Origin: Psammoneis japonica
Taxonomy: Eukaryota
NCBI GenBank assembly: GCA_008632985.1
Contig: QPGO01000375.1
Span: 1-35,399 of the forward strand
Direction: 5' to 3'
DNA: 35,399 nt
In this document: positions 23,453 to 34,070 of the stretch, piece by piece
How the letters are laid out: each line of letters starts with the position of its first letter
Position numbering within the stretch: position 1 is the stretch's first letter
The notes under the pieces: generated by a model
What the model was told of the DNA's origin: nothing
The model's input: the letters and a program-made list of their open reading frames with translations, nothing else
Databases searched by the model: none
Translations under genes and position numbers: made by a program

Positions 23453-25260
23453 ATGAGTGGCAGAGGAGGAGGTGGAACAAGTGGTGGAGGCTGAAGTCAC
23501 AGTCAAAGCAAAAGTGACAAAAGTCACAAGTCTTACAATGTCAAGAAGAAGACTGACTTGAAGAAAAGCCTTCAGCCTGGGATGAAGTTTCATCCTTCAT
23601 CACTGACAGCAATGCTCACAATGCAACATGTGAAAATGTCAAGGAAAAGGTCATCAGTTGCACTCAGAAACAATGTGACCAAGGCGTGCATCTGGCAATG
23701 ACAGAAATTGAAGATGACTGGGTGGAAGAAAACAATGACTCCTTGCTGCTGTCTAAACAGCAGATGAGTCTCTGTACAGAGACCGTCACAGGAGCCAAAA
23801 GACTGGGGTCATGACATCGGCACTGCTGTCATCATTCTTGTGAGCCGTGTGGCTCAAAAGCAAACTGCATCTCACGATGCGTGTGGAACTAAGAGCACAC
23901 ACAATTGTGTGTGACAAACTAAAATCTTGTTCAAAAAATCCTGTCAGGCAAGATCCTTGGAAGACACAAAGCACAAAGACTTCAACACCAAGAAATGCAC
24001 CTTGGGCACACCCAAGACAGATCTGCCTGCTGAAGAATCAAAGACAGACCACCACACTGAGCTGGAAGTGCCAGCACAAGGCCGAGCTCCATGACTGCAA
24101 TGATGAACTGAAGAAGCTGGAAGAAAACAAGACTGTGACATTTGCTAAGATCCCCCAGAGAACTGCTGCACCAAGCCAATGAAGCAAAGAGTGCAAGGCA
24201 ACCCCAGTTGCTCAAGCATCAGGGATGATCTGACAGAGCCACTTAAGCTCATGAAACCCTCTTGTGTTCAACTCAGTGAGAGGTCCACACCCATTCCATG
24301 CACTTGCCAAGCCCCTGCAGCACATGCTGGAAGTAAAGCAGCAAGACAACAAATTACTGAACAATCGCCCATCAAGAGTCAAGAATCAGTGACATGCCAC
24401 AAGCAACAGTCTGGGGTGCAAAATGCCAGATGGGTTTGTTGAGAACACCAAGGAGCACAGGGACAGTGCTGCGACAGCCCAGTCTGACCTGAAAAAAGCA
24501 GCATGCAAGACATGGATGACATGCCTGTTCACAGAGAACAGCAATGATTGCCTCTGCAAGTGCTTAAAAAAGCACTTCATTGGAGATTGCAGCTCAAGCA
24601 AGGACACGCACATGAAGACCCTTGACAAGGCAATGGATGCACTGCTGAATCATCCAAAAGATGACAGCCCCCCACAAACAAAATGACAGGAGCAACAGTG
24701 AGCATTCCAACAACAGGAACGGCAACAATGAACAGGACAATGAGAGGTCCAACCACCCAACGGAGAGTCATGCCCAGATGGGCAACCAAGACAATTCTGT
24801 GATGTGTCACTGTTGTGGTAAACTGAACCACAACAAGTTCCCCCAGCTGCAAGCAAAACAAAATTGCATGTTGTGAATGGCTCAGGAACACTGGGAAGAA
24901 GTTGGGCACCAAAGGACAGAGCCAGGCACAAACACAAGATGAAGACAACTCATTTTTTGGACAGCAACAGTGCAAGCATTGACACCACCAGATCTAACAA
25001 ATCAAGTTGCAGCCAAGGCAGCAAGAAGCATGCAAGGCACAGATGCCAGCCAGACACCAAAAAGCCAGAAATGAGCCTGATGAGCCAAGCCAATGTCAGC
25101 ATCAAGTCAGATGAACTCATCCTCCACAATGGCTCTGATCTCAGCATGGCAGCAAGCCAGGAACTGGTTCACAACACACATCCGGCAAAGGTCAAGTTGA
25201 CCGGTCCACCAACACAGGAATGAACACCTTGGATGAGGACTGCACCATGCCTGGATGGGA
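23453..25260 (+). pseudogene. gag: Copia C gag, zinc knuckle and protease remnant
   Basis: MSGRGGGG start; ATCENVKEKVI; MKQRVQGNP..IRDD; DGFVENTKEH..KTLDKAMDALLNH; CHCCGKLNH (cf. CYCCGKxxH); LILHNGSDLS (cf. ILDNGS). Confidence 0.8.
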
Positions 25261-25499
25261 GCAAATCTGCAAAGAGTGGCCATGCATGGAACATGAGTCA
25301 TTTTTGGCACTCAGTGTTTGCATCGTGGTGGGTTTGTTGGGATGTTGCCAGTGCTTGGTTTTGGTTTGTTTGATGTTCACACACAATGACAGTTTGGCTT
25401 GGCTTGTCCTTGTGGTTGGCACAATGCTGCCCAATGGTGGCAGAGGGACAGACCAGCTCCATCATCCCAATGGGAACACCTGGCACCAATCTGTGAAGA

Positions 25500-26030
25500 G
25501 GGAATTTGTGATCCCCTGTTGAATGACAAGTTGCTCTCACAATGGCATTGCCAAACCTCAAGTCTTCATGGAACACACATCAAAAAAATTTCTGCAGAAG
25601 CAATGCTGACTGTGACCACTGCAAAATGCGTGCAGAAACATTTTGTGTTAACCTTCAAACAATGACAGCACATGAATGTTCAAAAGTTCTGGTGAAAACC
25701 ATCGGTTGTGGCACAACTCATCTGTTGCAATGAAAAAACATCGATTGCACAAAAACAATGACATTGCAACACTGACATGAGTCTTGTCAGTGTTGCAAAA
25801 CATCAAAGGTTGGACAAATCCATGCTTTTGGTGGTGAGAGCTCCTTTGCAAGTCAGAGACCATGCAAAAATGGCAAAAATGTCATCATTGTGCATGTTTT
25901 GGTTCACATGTGGCTGGAGCACATTTGCTGGCAGAAGTCTCTGATTGCATGAATCTGGGGCTGATTCCCATGATCATGATGGACCATGTTCCCGAAGTTG
26001 AGCAGAGCACAAAAAAAAAAGATCTGTGTT
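25500..26030 (+). pseudogene. pol: Copia C fragmentary integrase
   Basis: DHVPEVEQST at ~25982-26010 (cf. EHVPEAERNN). Heavily deleted. Confidence 0.5.
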
Positions 26031-26390
26031 TTAAGTGCTGTCACTCCTTTGCCAGCCAGGCTGGTGCCGGCTGACCCTCACCCCCAGCACACAGTTAATT
26101 GCAGCAGGGGCTTGCGTGGGATCAGCTGGAATGGCATCACCAGAAGGTGACACCCCACCAAGACAACTGAAAAGGAATGATTCACACCAGGGACTTGTTG
26201 CATGCTTGTTGATGATAGCTGCAGAAGGAACACCACTGCTGCAACAGACAATTGAATTCAGACAGGCTTTTAAAATAGTCCACAAAAGGAGCCTTGAAGG
26301 CAAGACCACACAGGAAACGAGAATCCATGGAATCGCACGGAATGTGTGCGCGACTCCGTCGCGAAAAGCCTCAAAACGGAATATGAATAA

Positions 26391-26743
26391 CCCTGCTTAT
26401 GCACACGAACCACCTGGTGGTCCGTGTGCATTTTTGGGTGCACACGAACCACCTGGTGGTTCGTGTGCACCCTACGCAAAATGCTGCGTAGATTTGTACC
26501 GAATTAAATCTGAATGCCTACATCTGCAGCAGGCTCTACGTGAAAACGCACTCGAAACAGTGTCCACCGAGCCGGCAGTCATGTGCCGGAACGTCGTGAA
26601 AAGTATTTTATGTCTGAGAAAGAGTTCGTCAGGGCCGGCGAACAACACCCCTCTACGATGCGACTGGTATAAAATGTACGTAAATGCACAGGAACCAGCA
26701 TGTGGTTCGTGTGCAAATTAGAGCTCGTGAAAAATAAGCAGGG
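26391..26743. mobile_element. piggyBac-like MITE (353 bp) with ATAA TSD
   Basis: Perfect 10-bp TIR CCCTGCTTAT / ATAAGCAGGG. ATAA on both sides (26387-90, 26744-47). Internal palindromes. Confidence 0.8.
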
Positions 26744-27233
26744 ATAACACGGTGCAAAACGAAAAAAGCCTCATCAAAATCCATATCACATTCCGATGTA
26801 TGTGCTCATTCCGTACCCAAGACGCAATTTGCATATTACGTTTCACCATTTTGTTTGTTAGAAAGAGGCCATTTATTTTAAATTCCATTTGCTGTTCCTT
26901 TTACTACATTCCGTTTGTGATTCCTTTCGCTCAACCAATGACACGGAATGCAATGGCTTCACTTTCTGTGTTGTGGTCGGAATGTGGCATGTTATCTCTA
27001 GAGCTTGTGATATGGAATACGTTGCAGAATCAAGTGAAATTCTAAAATAGGATTATTGTGCTGCTGCATTTCTATTGCACAGAAGAACTCCTGCTCCGCC
27101 CACACTGGTTCTCTGCCTGCATTTGCACGACCGATCACTTTGCTGCACCACTCAGCCGAATCTCAGAACGATGCATTCCTTCTTTTGATTATCTTGGGTG
27201 CCCAATGGATGACAAGGGGCACTTCAACCTTTC

Positions 27234-27526
27234 CTAAACATGAGCAACATGTGACAAAGTTAAAAGTGAGCAACGCGTTCAATGTGACAGAAAAAGCAAA
27301 ATGAAGCTTGCACTTACGGGCCGTTGATGGATGCAGCTGTCCAGACGTCTCTTTTGCCAAAAACTAGAGCGGTCGATGATACGGTGCCACTCTCTCAGCA
27401 GTAGAGCAGCCGCACTCGGAACCAGAACCCTCTGGACTCTGGAAACAAACCCCAACAGCAAAACGAGAGAAGAAAATGTGAGTGCAAGCGACCTTTGAAG
27501 TGCTGCACAATCACATCATAACTTAC
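27234..27526 (-). other. Two candidate GT-AG introns (27439-27526, 27234-27317) around a 121-nt exon
   Basis: Both begin GTAAGT, are 88 and 84 nt long, contain a CTCAC branch-like motif and a pyrimidine tract, and end ttcCAG / ttTAG. Confidence 0.5.
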
Positions 27527-28595
27527 CATCGAGTGTGCTGTAATTGTCACAAATCATACCACTCACTCATCCTATTGTTCTTCCCATTGTTTGCCGTTGT
27601 TGATTCAGATGCGCTCTGCCGCTGGCTGTGTTGCGTGTTTTTTATGAGAGCGAACGAGAAGAAGTGCGAGAAGATGTGGCTGCGATGCGAATCATCCTCT
27701 CCTCTGGTATAAATCGTCGTACCTTCTACAGAGCAATCAAAGTCACGTAGAATTCAACGACGTCTTTCCACGTACTGTTAAATAAATTAGCACGTGGTCA
27801 TTAAATGTTTTCTTCTTTGTTTTCGATGTAATTACTTCACAACATGTTGTATGATTTGAATTGTTTATTTTAAAAGTCCTTAATTTGTTAATAACATATT
27901 GTAATATGAAAACAATAATAAAATGTACAATCCTTTTAGGATTCTCATTCCAATGTTAATTAAATATTTTAACCGTCATTATTGTACTATCTTCTTTACT
28001 GCGCAACGAGTTAAAATAAAAATAAGGATATGGATATCCTACATAACATTTTCCACGATCGAAGACGACAACAACATACATGCCATGACGACAATGCGCG
28101 GCCTTACAGCATTACAGCATCAAACATCTCACCGTCATTCTTGATGCTGGTCGTGAATCATCACAGAGGGACGAATAGAGAGCATTAAATAATAGAGTAG
28201 TGACATTAGCCAATGTGGACAATGTTCGTTGCAATTTTTTGCCTCAACACATGCTCTGTGCCAACAAATGGCACCTCGTTGAAAATGGAATCCGTTGGCC
28301 TCAGTCTGTGCACGGAATGAAGTGGTCGTTCCAGTTTCAAGTTCATATTCCGCATGAAAACGGAATGCACTTGTCTTGGTGATTGGAATGGAATATGACC
28401 ATCGTGTTCCGATTGCTGACACTTCCATCTGGAACATGAGGGCACATTCCTTAGAAAAGTCCAAAACGGAGTGCGAAAAAGTCCTCATTTTTTATGGAAC
28501 AAACAAATGGAATAAGGAGAAAAAGCACACATTCTGTGCAATTCCGTGGATTCTCGTTTCCTGTGTAGCAGGTCATCGGAGAAAATGTTCATGGT

Positions 28596-29075
28596 ACACA
28601 GAAACAATTCTGGGTCTTGCACAGAAAAGCCAATGGCAGCAGCAAACGGATGACAATTAAATGGCACCACAGGATGACTTGTGTTCTTGCTGAAAAGGGC
28701 CACAACAGAAGCAGCACATTCACCACAAAGAGTGAAGTGCTTGATTGCATGGCAGAGAAGAGAAGTGGGGTTGAAGACCAATTCGCAAGGACAAAAGTAG
28801 TCCGGAGAAGTGACACGTAGACATTCAGTGGCAACACACAGAAACAACACCAGATCTTGCACAGAAAAGCCAATGGGAGCAGCAAATGGACAACAATCAA
28901 GTGACTCTGAAGGACAACCGACATTCTTGCTGAAAAGGGCCACAACAGAAGTGGCACTTGCACCACAAAGAGTGAAGGACTTGATTGCATGGCAAGGAAA
29001 AAGAAGTGGCATTAAAGACTGACTGGCAAGGACAAAAAAGCAGACTGGGGAAGTGACATGTAGATCATCAGCAGC
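28596..29075. repeat. Tandem duplication, 2 x 240 bp
   Basis: gaaacaa at 28601 and 28841. tcttgcacagaaaagccaatgg and ttcttgctgaaaagggccacaacagaag recur at exactly +240. Confidence 0.92.
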
Positions 29076-29529
29076 ATCTGTGGATCCACACAGAATTTGC
29101 ACTAGAACCTGTGTGGAAAATTTTCTGAGACAACAGAAAATTATGAGAAACAACAACCAGCATGCGAGCCAACTGGCCACAACACTCGTCGTTTTCCACT
29201 GATGAACTTTGCTCATCATGCTGCAACAAGGATGTGCCATTGGCAAATGTGGACAGAATGGGCTTGTTGGAGCCAAATCAACACCATCTGAAAAGGGCAA
29301 CATCAGTGAAAGAAGGTGCATAGAAACCTGCGTAGAAGCTGAGGGCATGCAGCTGATGTTGAAAAAGTGAGCAGAGCACACAGACCACAAAGGAGCAAAC
29401 TCGAGCTGCCACACACCATGTTCCACACAAAATGACACCAAAGCTGATGCACAAGCACACTGAAATTAAGAACAATGTCATGTCAAATGTGCACCCATAA
29501 AAGGAAGGGCTTTCTGACACTCGCAGCCC

Positions 29530-30250
29530 ACACAACATCACACAACAAAGGAGCCTCAATCATGACAAACACTTCCAGCTCAGGTTTGGGGAATTTGCAA
29601 TTTCTCATGTCGAGACTGGCCCAATGAACACCATGGACACACATGGTGTTGCACCATGAACCCACACATGGGCAAGTCATTGAATCCCTGCAAGTGCACC
29701 TCCATGCCCCTGACTGACATGCATGTGCAGGCAGTCCAGAAGATGGCCATTGGACAAGGCATCAAAGAATTTAAATTTGTGGGAAAATGCAGAAACAACA
29801 ATCTGCATGATGCTGATTGGACTGCAGGAGTGGACAACAACAAAAGCAACAACAATGAAAGTGACAGTGACAAAAATGGTGTTTACAGCACATGCCTGTG
29901 ACCTTGCTTTGATCTGCCCAAGGGTGGACACTGCACCATGAACCCACACATGGGCAAGCCACTGAATTCCTGCAAGTGCACCTCCATCCATGCCCCTGAC
30001 TGACAAGCATGTGCAGGCAGTCCAGAAGATGGCCATTGGACAAGAAGGCATCAAATGATTTAAATGCATGGGAAAATGCAGAGACAATCTGTGTGATGCT
30101 GGTTGGACTGCAAGAGCAGACAAGAACAAAAGCAACAGCCATGAAAGTGATGGCAACAAAAGCAACAGTGACAAAAGCGACAAAGAAGATGAATGCAAGG
30201 ATGATGATGATGACACTGGCCACATGACCAAGTCCATCGATGATGATTGT
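29530..30250 (+). pseudogene. pol: Copia C integrase C-terminal region with internal ~280-bp duplication
   Basis: LNHDKHFQLRFGEF; MPLTDMHVQAVQKMAIGQGIKEFKF..HDADWTAGVD. 29634-29877 is repeated at 29924-30175. Confidence 0.8.
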
Positions 30251-30639
30251 GAAGACAGCAGACTCAGATGATGAGTGTAAAGAAGCTGATGAGCAGATTC
30301 CAGATGACAAAAGTCCAGCTGGCAAAAGAAGGTCCAGTCCCAAGCAACAGCATGACAACCAAGAAACAGAAGAAGAAGACTGCAGAAGTCAAGAAAACAA
30401 AGATTGCCAAGACAATGAGGAACAAGAAAGAGCTGCAGAACCACAAGACAATGACCAACCTGATGAAGACAACAAATGGGAAGGAGAAAGACCAGTGGAA
30501 GAGGCAAGTGGCATGCCTGGCAGAGCAACCAGGAGTGGCACACAATGCAGTGCATCCTTCAACATGAAATCAAGCAATCACAGAGAAAAGAAAGTTCAAC
30601 TTGCAAGAGTGGCAAACACCAAGGAAGTGGAACAAGAGC

Positions 30640-31500
30640 AAAACAAGCTTGAGCACTGCCATCATTTAAGAACAAAGGTGAGTCCCAATCCAGAGGACAA
30701 CATTGAGTGCAATGTGGAAACAGCGATGGTGCAGGCACACTGCATGTGTGAGATTGGCAATTGACTCTGATCAGGTGTGGGCATTTCATTTGCCCAACAA
30801 CATTTGCTGCACAAAGGCCTCAAAGCATTTGGCCAGAAGGGACATGATGCTTTAGAGAAAGAGATGAAAAACAACTGCATGACCGAGTGTGCTTTGCACC
30901 AGCATCAGTCAAGGATGTGACTCCGACTGAAAGGAGCAGCCATGGTGTTCCTGGCTGAAACACATGATGGTGGAATTAAAGGGCAATCAGTTTTACAATG
31001 GGGAACCAACCCAAGAATGGCTGGACAAAGATGAGTCTGCCAGCCCTGCAGTGTCCTTGGAAGGAACATTGGTGATGACAATTGTTGATGCACAATGTCA
31101 TGAGCACCGTTGCACTGAATGCATTTTTGTGCAAACAATGACACTGGAGCTTGAGGAAAGCAAAAACCAGATTGTGGCAAAGATTGCAGGTGTGTTGGTT
31201 GTGGGCATTGATCCCAACCTGTGCAGCCCACATGTGGTCCTGCAAAAGGGCAAGAGAGCCCTTTGTGTCCCAGCAATCAGAGCCATCTGCTGCATGGTGC
31301 AAGCAATTTTGCAAAAACTCAGATGAGACAGGGTTTTTAAGTTCAACTTGTGCAATCTGTGCATTGCCAATCAAACAGTTGATGGCAAGCAGCACACTGT
31401 CTGATTCCATGTGAACAACCTGATGCCAAGTCACAAGAACTCCAAAGTGAAAGACAAGTTTTTAAGCTGGTTAAACAAGATGTGTGGAAGCTATGGCAAA
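30640..31500 (+). pseudogene. pol: Copia C reverse transcriptase remnant
   Basis: SFAQQHLLHKGLKAFGQKG; NGEPTQEWLDKDESASPAVSLE; VDGKQHTV*FHVNNL (cf. FHVDDL, 31405-31422). Confidence 0.9.
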
Positions 31501-31939
31501 AACACCTCCTGAGCTTGCAACCATTGCTCCCACATCAATGACAGAGATCTGTTGTGAATTGCACACGGCACTCTGCCACATGTCCATGTGCACCTGAACA
31601 AGCTGCACACAGACACAACATGATTTGGACCCATTCTTTGAAAATCCAGATCACACCAAGCCCAAGGCAAACTTTGTGAACATTTTTCTTGATTGCCTCA
31701 TCAATCAAGCAATCCCACCTTGCACAGTGGACCCTTCCAGACTTGGGTGGCCAAGAGACTGTTCCTGCCCAAGAGAGGCCATGTGGATGTCTGCCCCACT
31801 GTCAAAGCATCATGTGTGTGGGTCAAGGGACATGTGATTGGAGATTGTGGGGAAAGCCAGTCCATTGTCTCAAGCACAGGAACTGGACATAAAATGAAGT
31901 CACCACACCAAGTGCAAAGGACCTCTGAGTTGTCAAGTG

Positions 31940-32390
31940 GCACATGGATGTGTCATTTGCAGCTCACCCTGATTTCAAGAGCTGTGCCTGAGGAATTGTG
32001 ACCACGGGTGATGGAGCAGTGCAGGCTGCATTGAAGTGCCAGAAGCTCAACACCCAAAGGAGCACAGGAGCTGAACTTGTTGGAGTCAATGACACAATGA
32101 CCATGATGCCATGGACAAAATTGTTCATGGAGCACCAAGGGTGGCTGATCAAGAGGAAGAACAGCATGACAAGAGTGCCACATTGCTGGAAAGCAATGGG
32201 TGCAAGAGTCCCAGCAAGTGGTGCAGAGCACTCGACATTTGGCATTTCTTTGTCACCGATTGGATCAAGAAGGGCAACCTAAGTTTGCAATGCTGTCCTG
32301 CTGATGACATGCCTGGAGACTTCATGACCAAGCCACCACAGGGCAAGAAGTTTTGAAAGTTTGAACAAGCTGTTGTGGGCAGTCAACTTC
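31940..32390 (+). pseudogene. pol: Copia C RNase H remnant
   Basis: DVSFAAHPDFKS; QKLNTQRSTGAELVGVND; WTKLFMEHQG; DKSATLLESNG; HFFVTD..GDFMTKPPQGKKF. Confidence 0.92.
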
Positions 32391-32604
32391 AAGCACAGTG
32401 GGAGTGTTTCCTGTTTGTGACATCAGACAAGAGTTCTGATGCATGTGGACGAACGATCCCTGAAACCCAGAAAAGGTGCTGAGCTTGATGGTTCAACCAG
32501 CTGCAATTTGTTTTCAGAATGAACAAACATTGACAATGGGTGGTGATGACTCATGTGAACTCTGCACATGGTGACCAAGGTGTGGCCATCAGACAGCCAG
32601 CTGG

Positions 32605-33792
32605 ATGACCAAGAAAGACTCACTGTTTTCGAGCCACCCAAAAATGCAAGAGATGACAGATGAAGATTGCAGCCAAGAAATGGAAGAGTTGAAGAGGTGG
32701 AATGACAGATGCCAGAAAATGCTGACTGTCAATCTGTGCCTGTGCCAAGACACCCTGGATCTGCAACAGGTGTTGGACTCCATCAAGGAGATGAAAACAG
32801 AAGACCCAAATTTGACAACACTTTCCCATTGGGGGGAGCCAGAGTCATTGGGCATGTGGCATGGTCTGTGGTTGGATGGATGCAAGTTGTTTGTGGAAGT
32901 GCACAAAGAGATGGCACAGAGGAGCTTTGAGACACCAGAGCACATGTCTGCCAATGAATTGATGTTCTCCATCTGTGATGATTGGAGAGGAACATCTGAA
33001 ATTGGGCACTGAGCCAATGGAGCTCACAAGACTGAAGGACATTGGCAAATTGTTTGAAGCTGAGCTTTGAGGCAAGGCATGGTGTGTCATCATCCACAAC
33101 AACATGGGAATGAGGAGTGCCTTGAAGATGGGTGCATTGCCAGATCATTGGGCAACCAGTTGCAATTGGCCCTGAGCAAGAGTGACACTCATGAAACCTG
33201 TGGAAAATCAAATGTTTGCTCAACTGCCTGTGGCATGGACAAGAATGGGGTGTGTGGCACCCTTGTGAAGCTCATCAAGAACCATGATCTTGATGTTGTC
33301 ATGACCCACCAAGGACTCATGAGGGATGATGATGGTGTCATCAATGACGTGCAGAAATTGGCATCATTCTTCCACCATGAGTTTTCACCTGCATGGAAAT
33401 TGCACAAATGGTTTTGCAGAGAAATGGAGTTCTTTGATTTGACTCCCAAAGCAATCAATGGTTGGATTGTGAATTTGATCAAGGATCATGACAGTGAAGA
33501 CAAGAAAGAGAAACTTTGTTGCAATTGTGTGGAACACTTTGTGAAGTGTGTTCATGACATCACACACTTGTTTGACAACATGATCAATTGCTCTGATGAT
33601 GGATGGCATCACAGCTTTTGCACCACCAATTTAAAGGATGACTTGGAAGAGGCGACCAAAGAATGTCATCTCTCAAGATCAGCTGGGATGAAACTGGCCA
33701 TGAGAACATTGTTGCAAGTGTCAGGAGTGTGTTGGATTGTTGAGATCAAGGGGAACACAAGAGACCTGGAAATGTTGAAGAGAACATGTTGA
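32605..33792 (+). pseudogene. Degenerate ORF of unknown family (~400 codons, frameshifted)
   Basis: Globular-looking frames 32605-33012 and 33067-33792. The C-terminus (IKGNTRDLEMLKRTC*) is repeated at ~23040. Confidence 0.45.
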
Positions 33793-34070
33793 AGCCCCTG
33801 ACGTGGATTTGGTGACTCTTTGCATTTGGAATTTCATTGTCACAGATCTCACTTGCCATTCAGTTCATCTCACTCTTTGGAGTGAATCATCTGGTTTGCA
33901 AGAGATTGCATTTGGCATTGCCAGGCACCCACTGCATTGTGAGTTTGAAGTTTGCATTGACAACTTCTGGGCAAACCACAGCCAACAGAGTGACCAGGGC
34001 AAGTGCAACAAGTGGAAAAGGAAGTCTTGTGGAATTCCCTTTTGGCAACATTAACTTGCTGGTTCAACAC
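33743..34070 (+). repeat. ~330-bp dispersed repeat, copy 2
   Basis: Direct repeat of 23037-23366. Confidence 0.9.

Larger units (their letters stand above)
26309..28565. mobile_element. Young non-autonomous Tc1/mariner-type DNA transposon (41-bp TIRs, TA TSD)
   Basis: TIRs at 26309-26349 and 28525-28565 (CACAGGAAACGAGAATCC...), with 3 mismatches, all CpG transitions. Right flank is TA (28566-7), left flank is CA (26307-8). No transposase ORF. CpG and TpA retained. Confidence 0.88.
23431..32410 (+). mobile_element. Degenerate, interrupted Ty1/copia retrotransposon C (may be two related copies)
   Basis: PBS-like tggtgttagatc (23431) after gtCA-tc. Gag, zinc knuckle, PR and IN N-terminal part to ~26030. 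IN C-terminus, RT and RH from ~29530. PPT-like gtgggagtgtt at ~32398. Confidence 0.8.

Noticed and set aside
26399..26472. Palindromic repeats resembling CRISPR or REP elements
   Set aside because: Only two adjacent copies, no spacers and no cas genes. They are explained as MITE subterminal palindromes.
26035..26721. 228-aa ORF with AHEPPGG repeats
   Set aside because: It crosses the mariner TIR and MITE junctions. The repeats are translated palindromes.
27770..28060. AT-rich tract as a centromere core
   Set aside because: Only ~300 bp and internal to a transposon. There is no other support.
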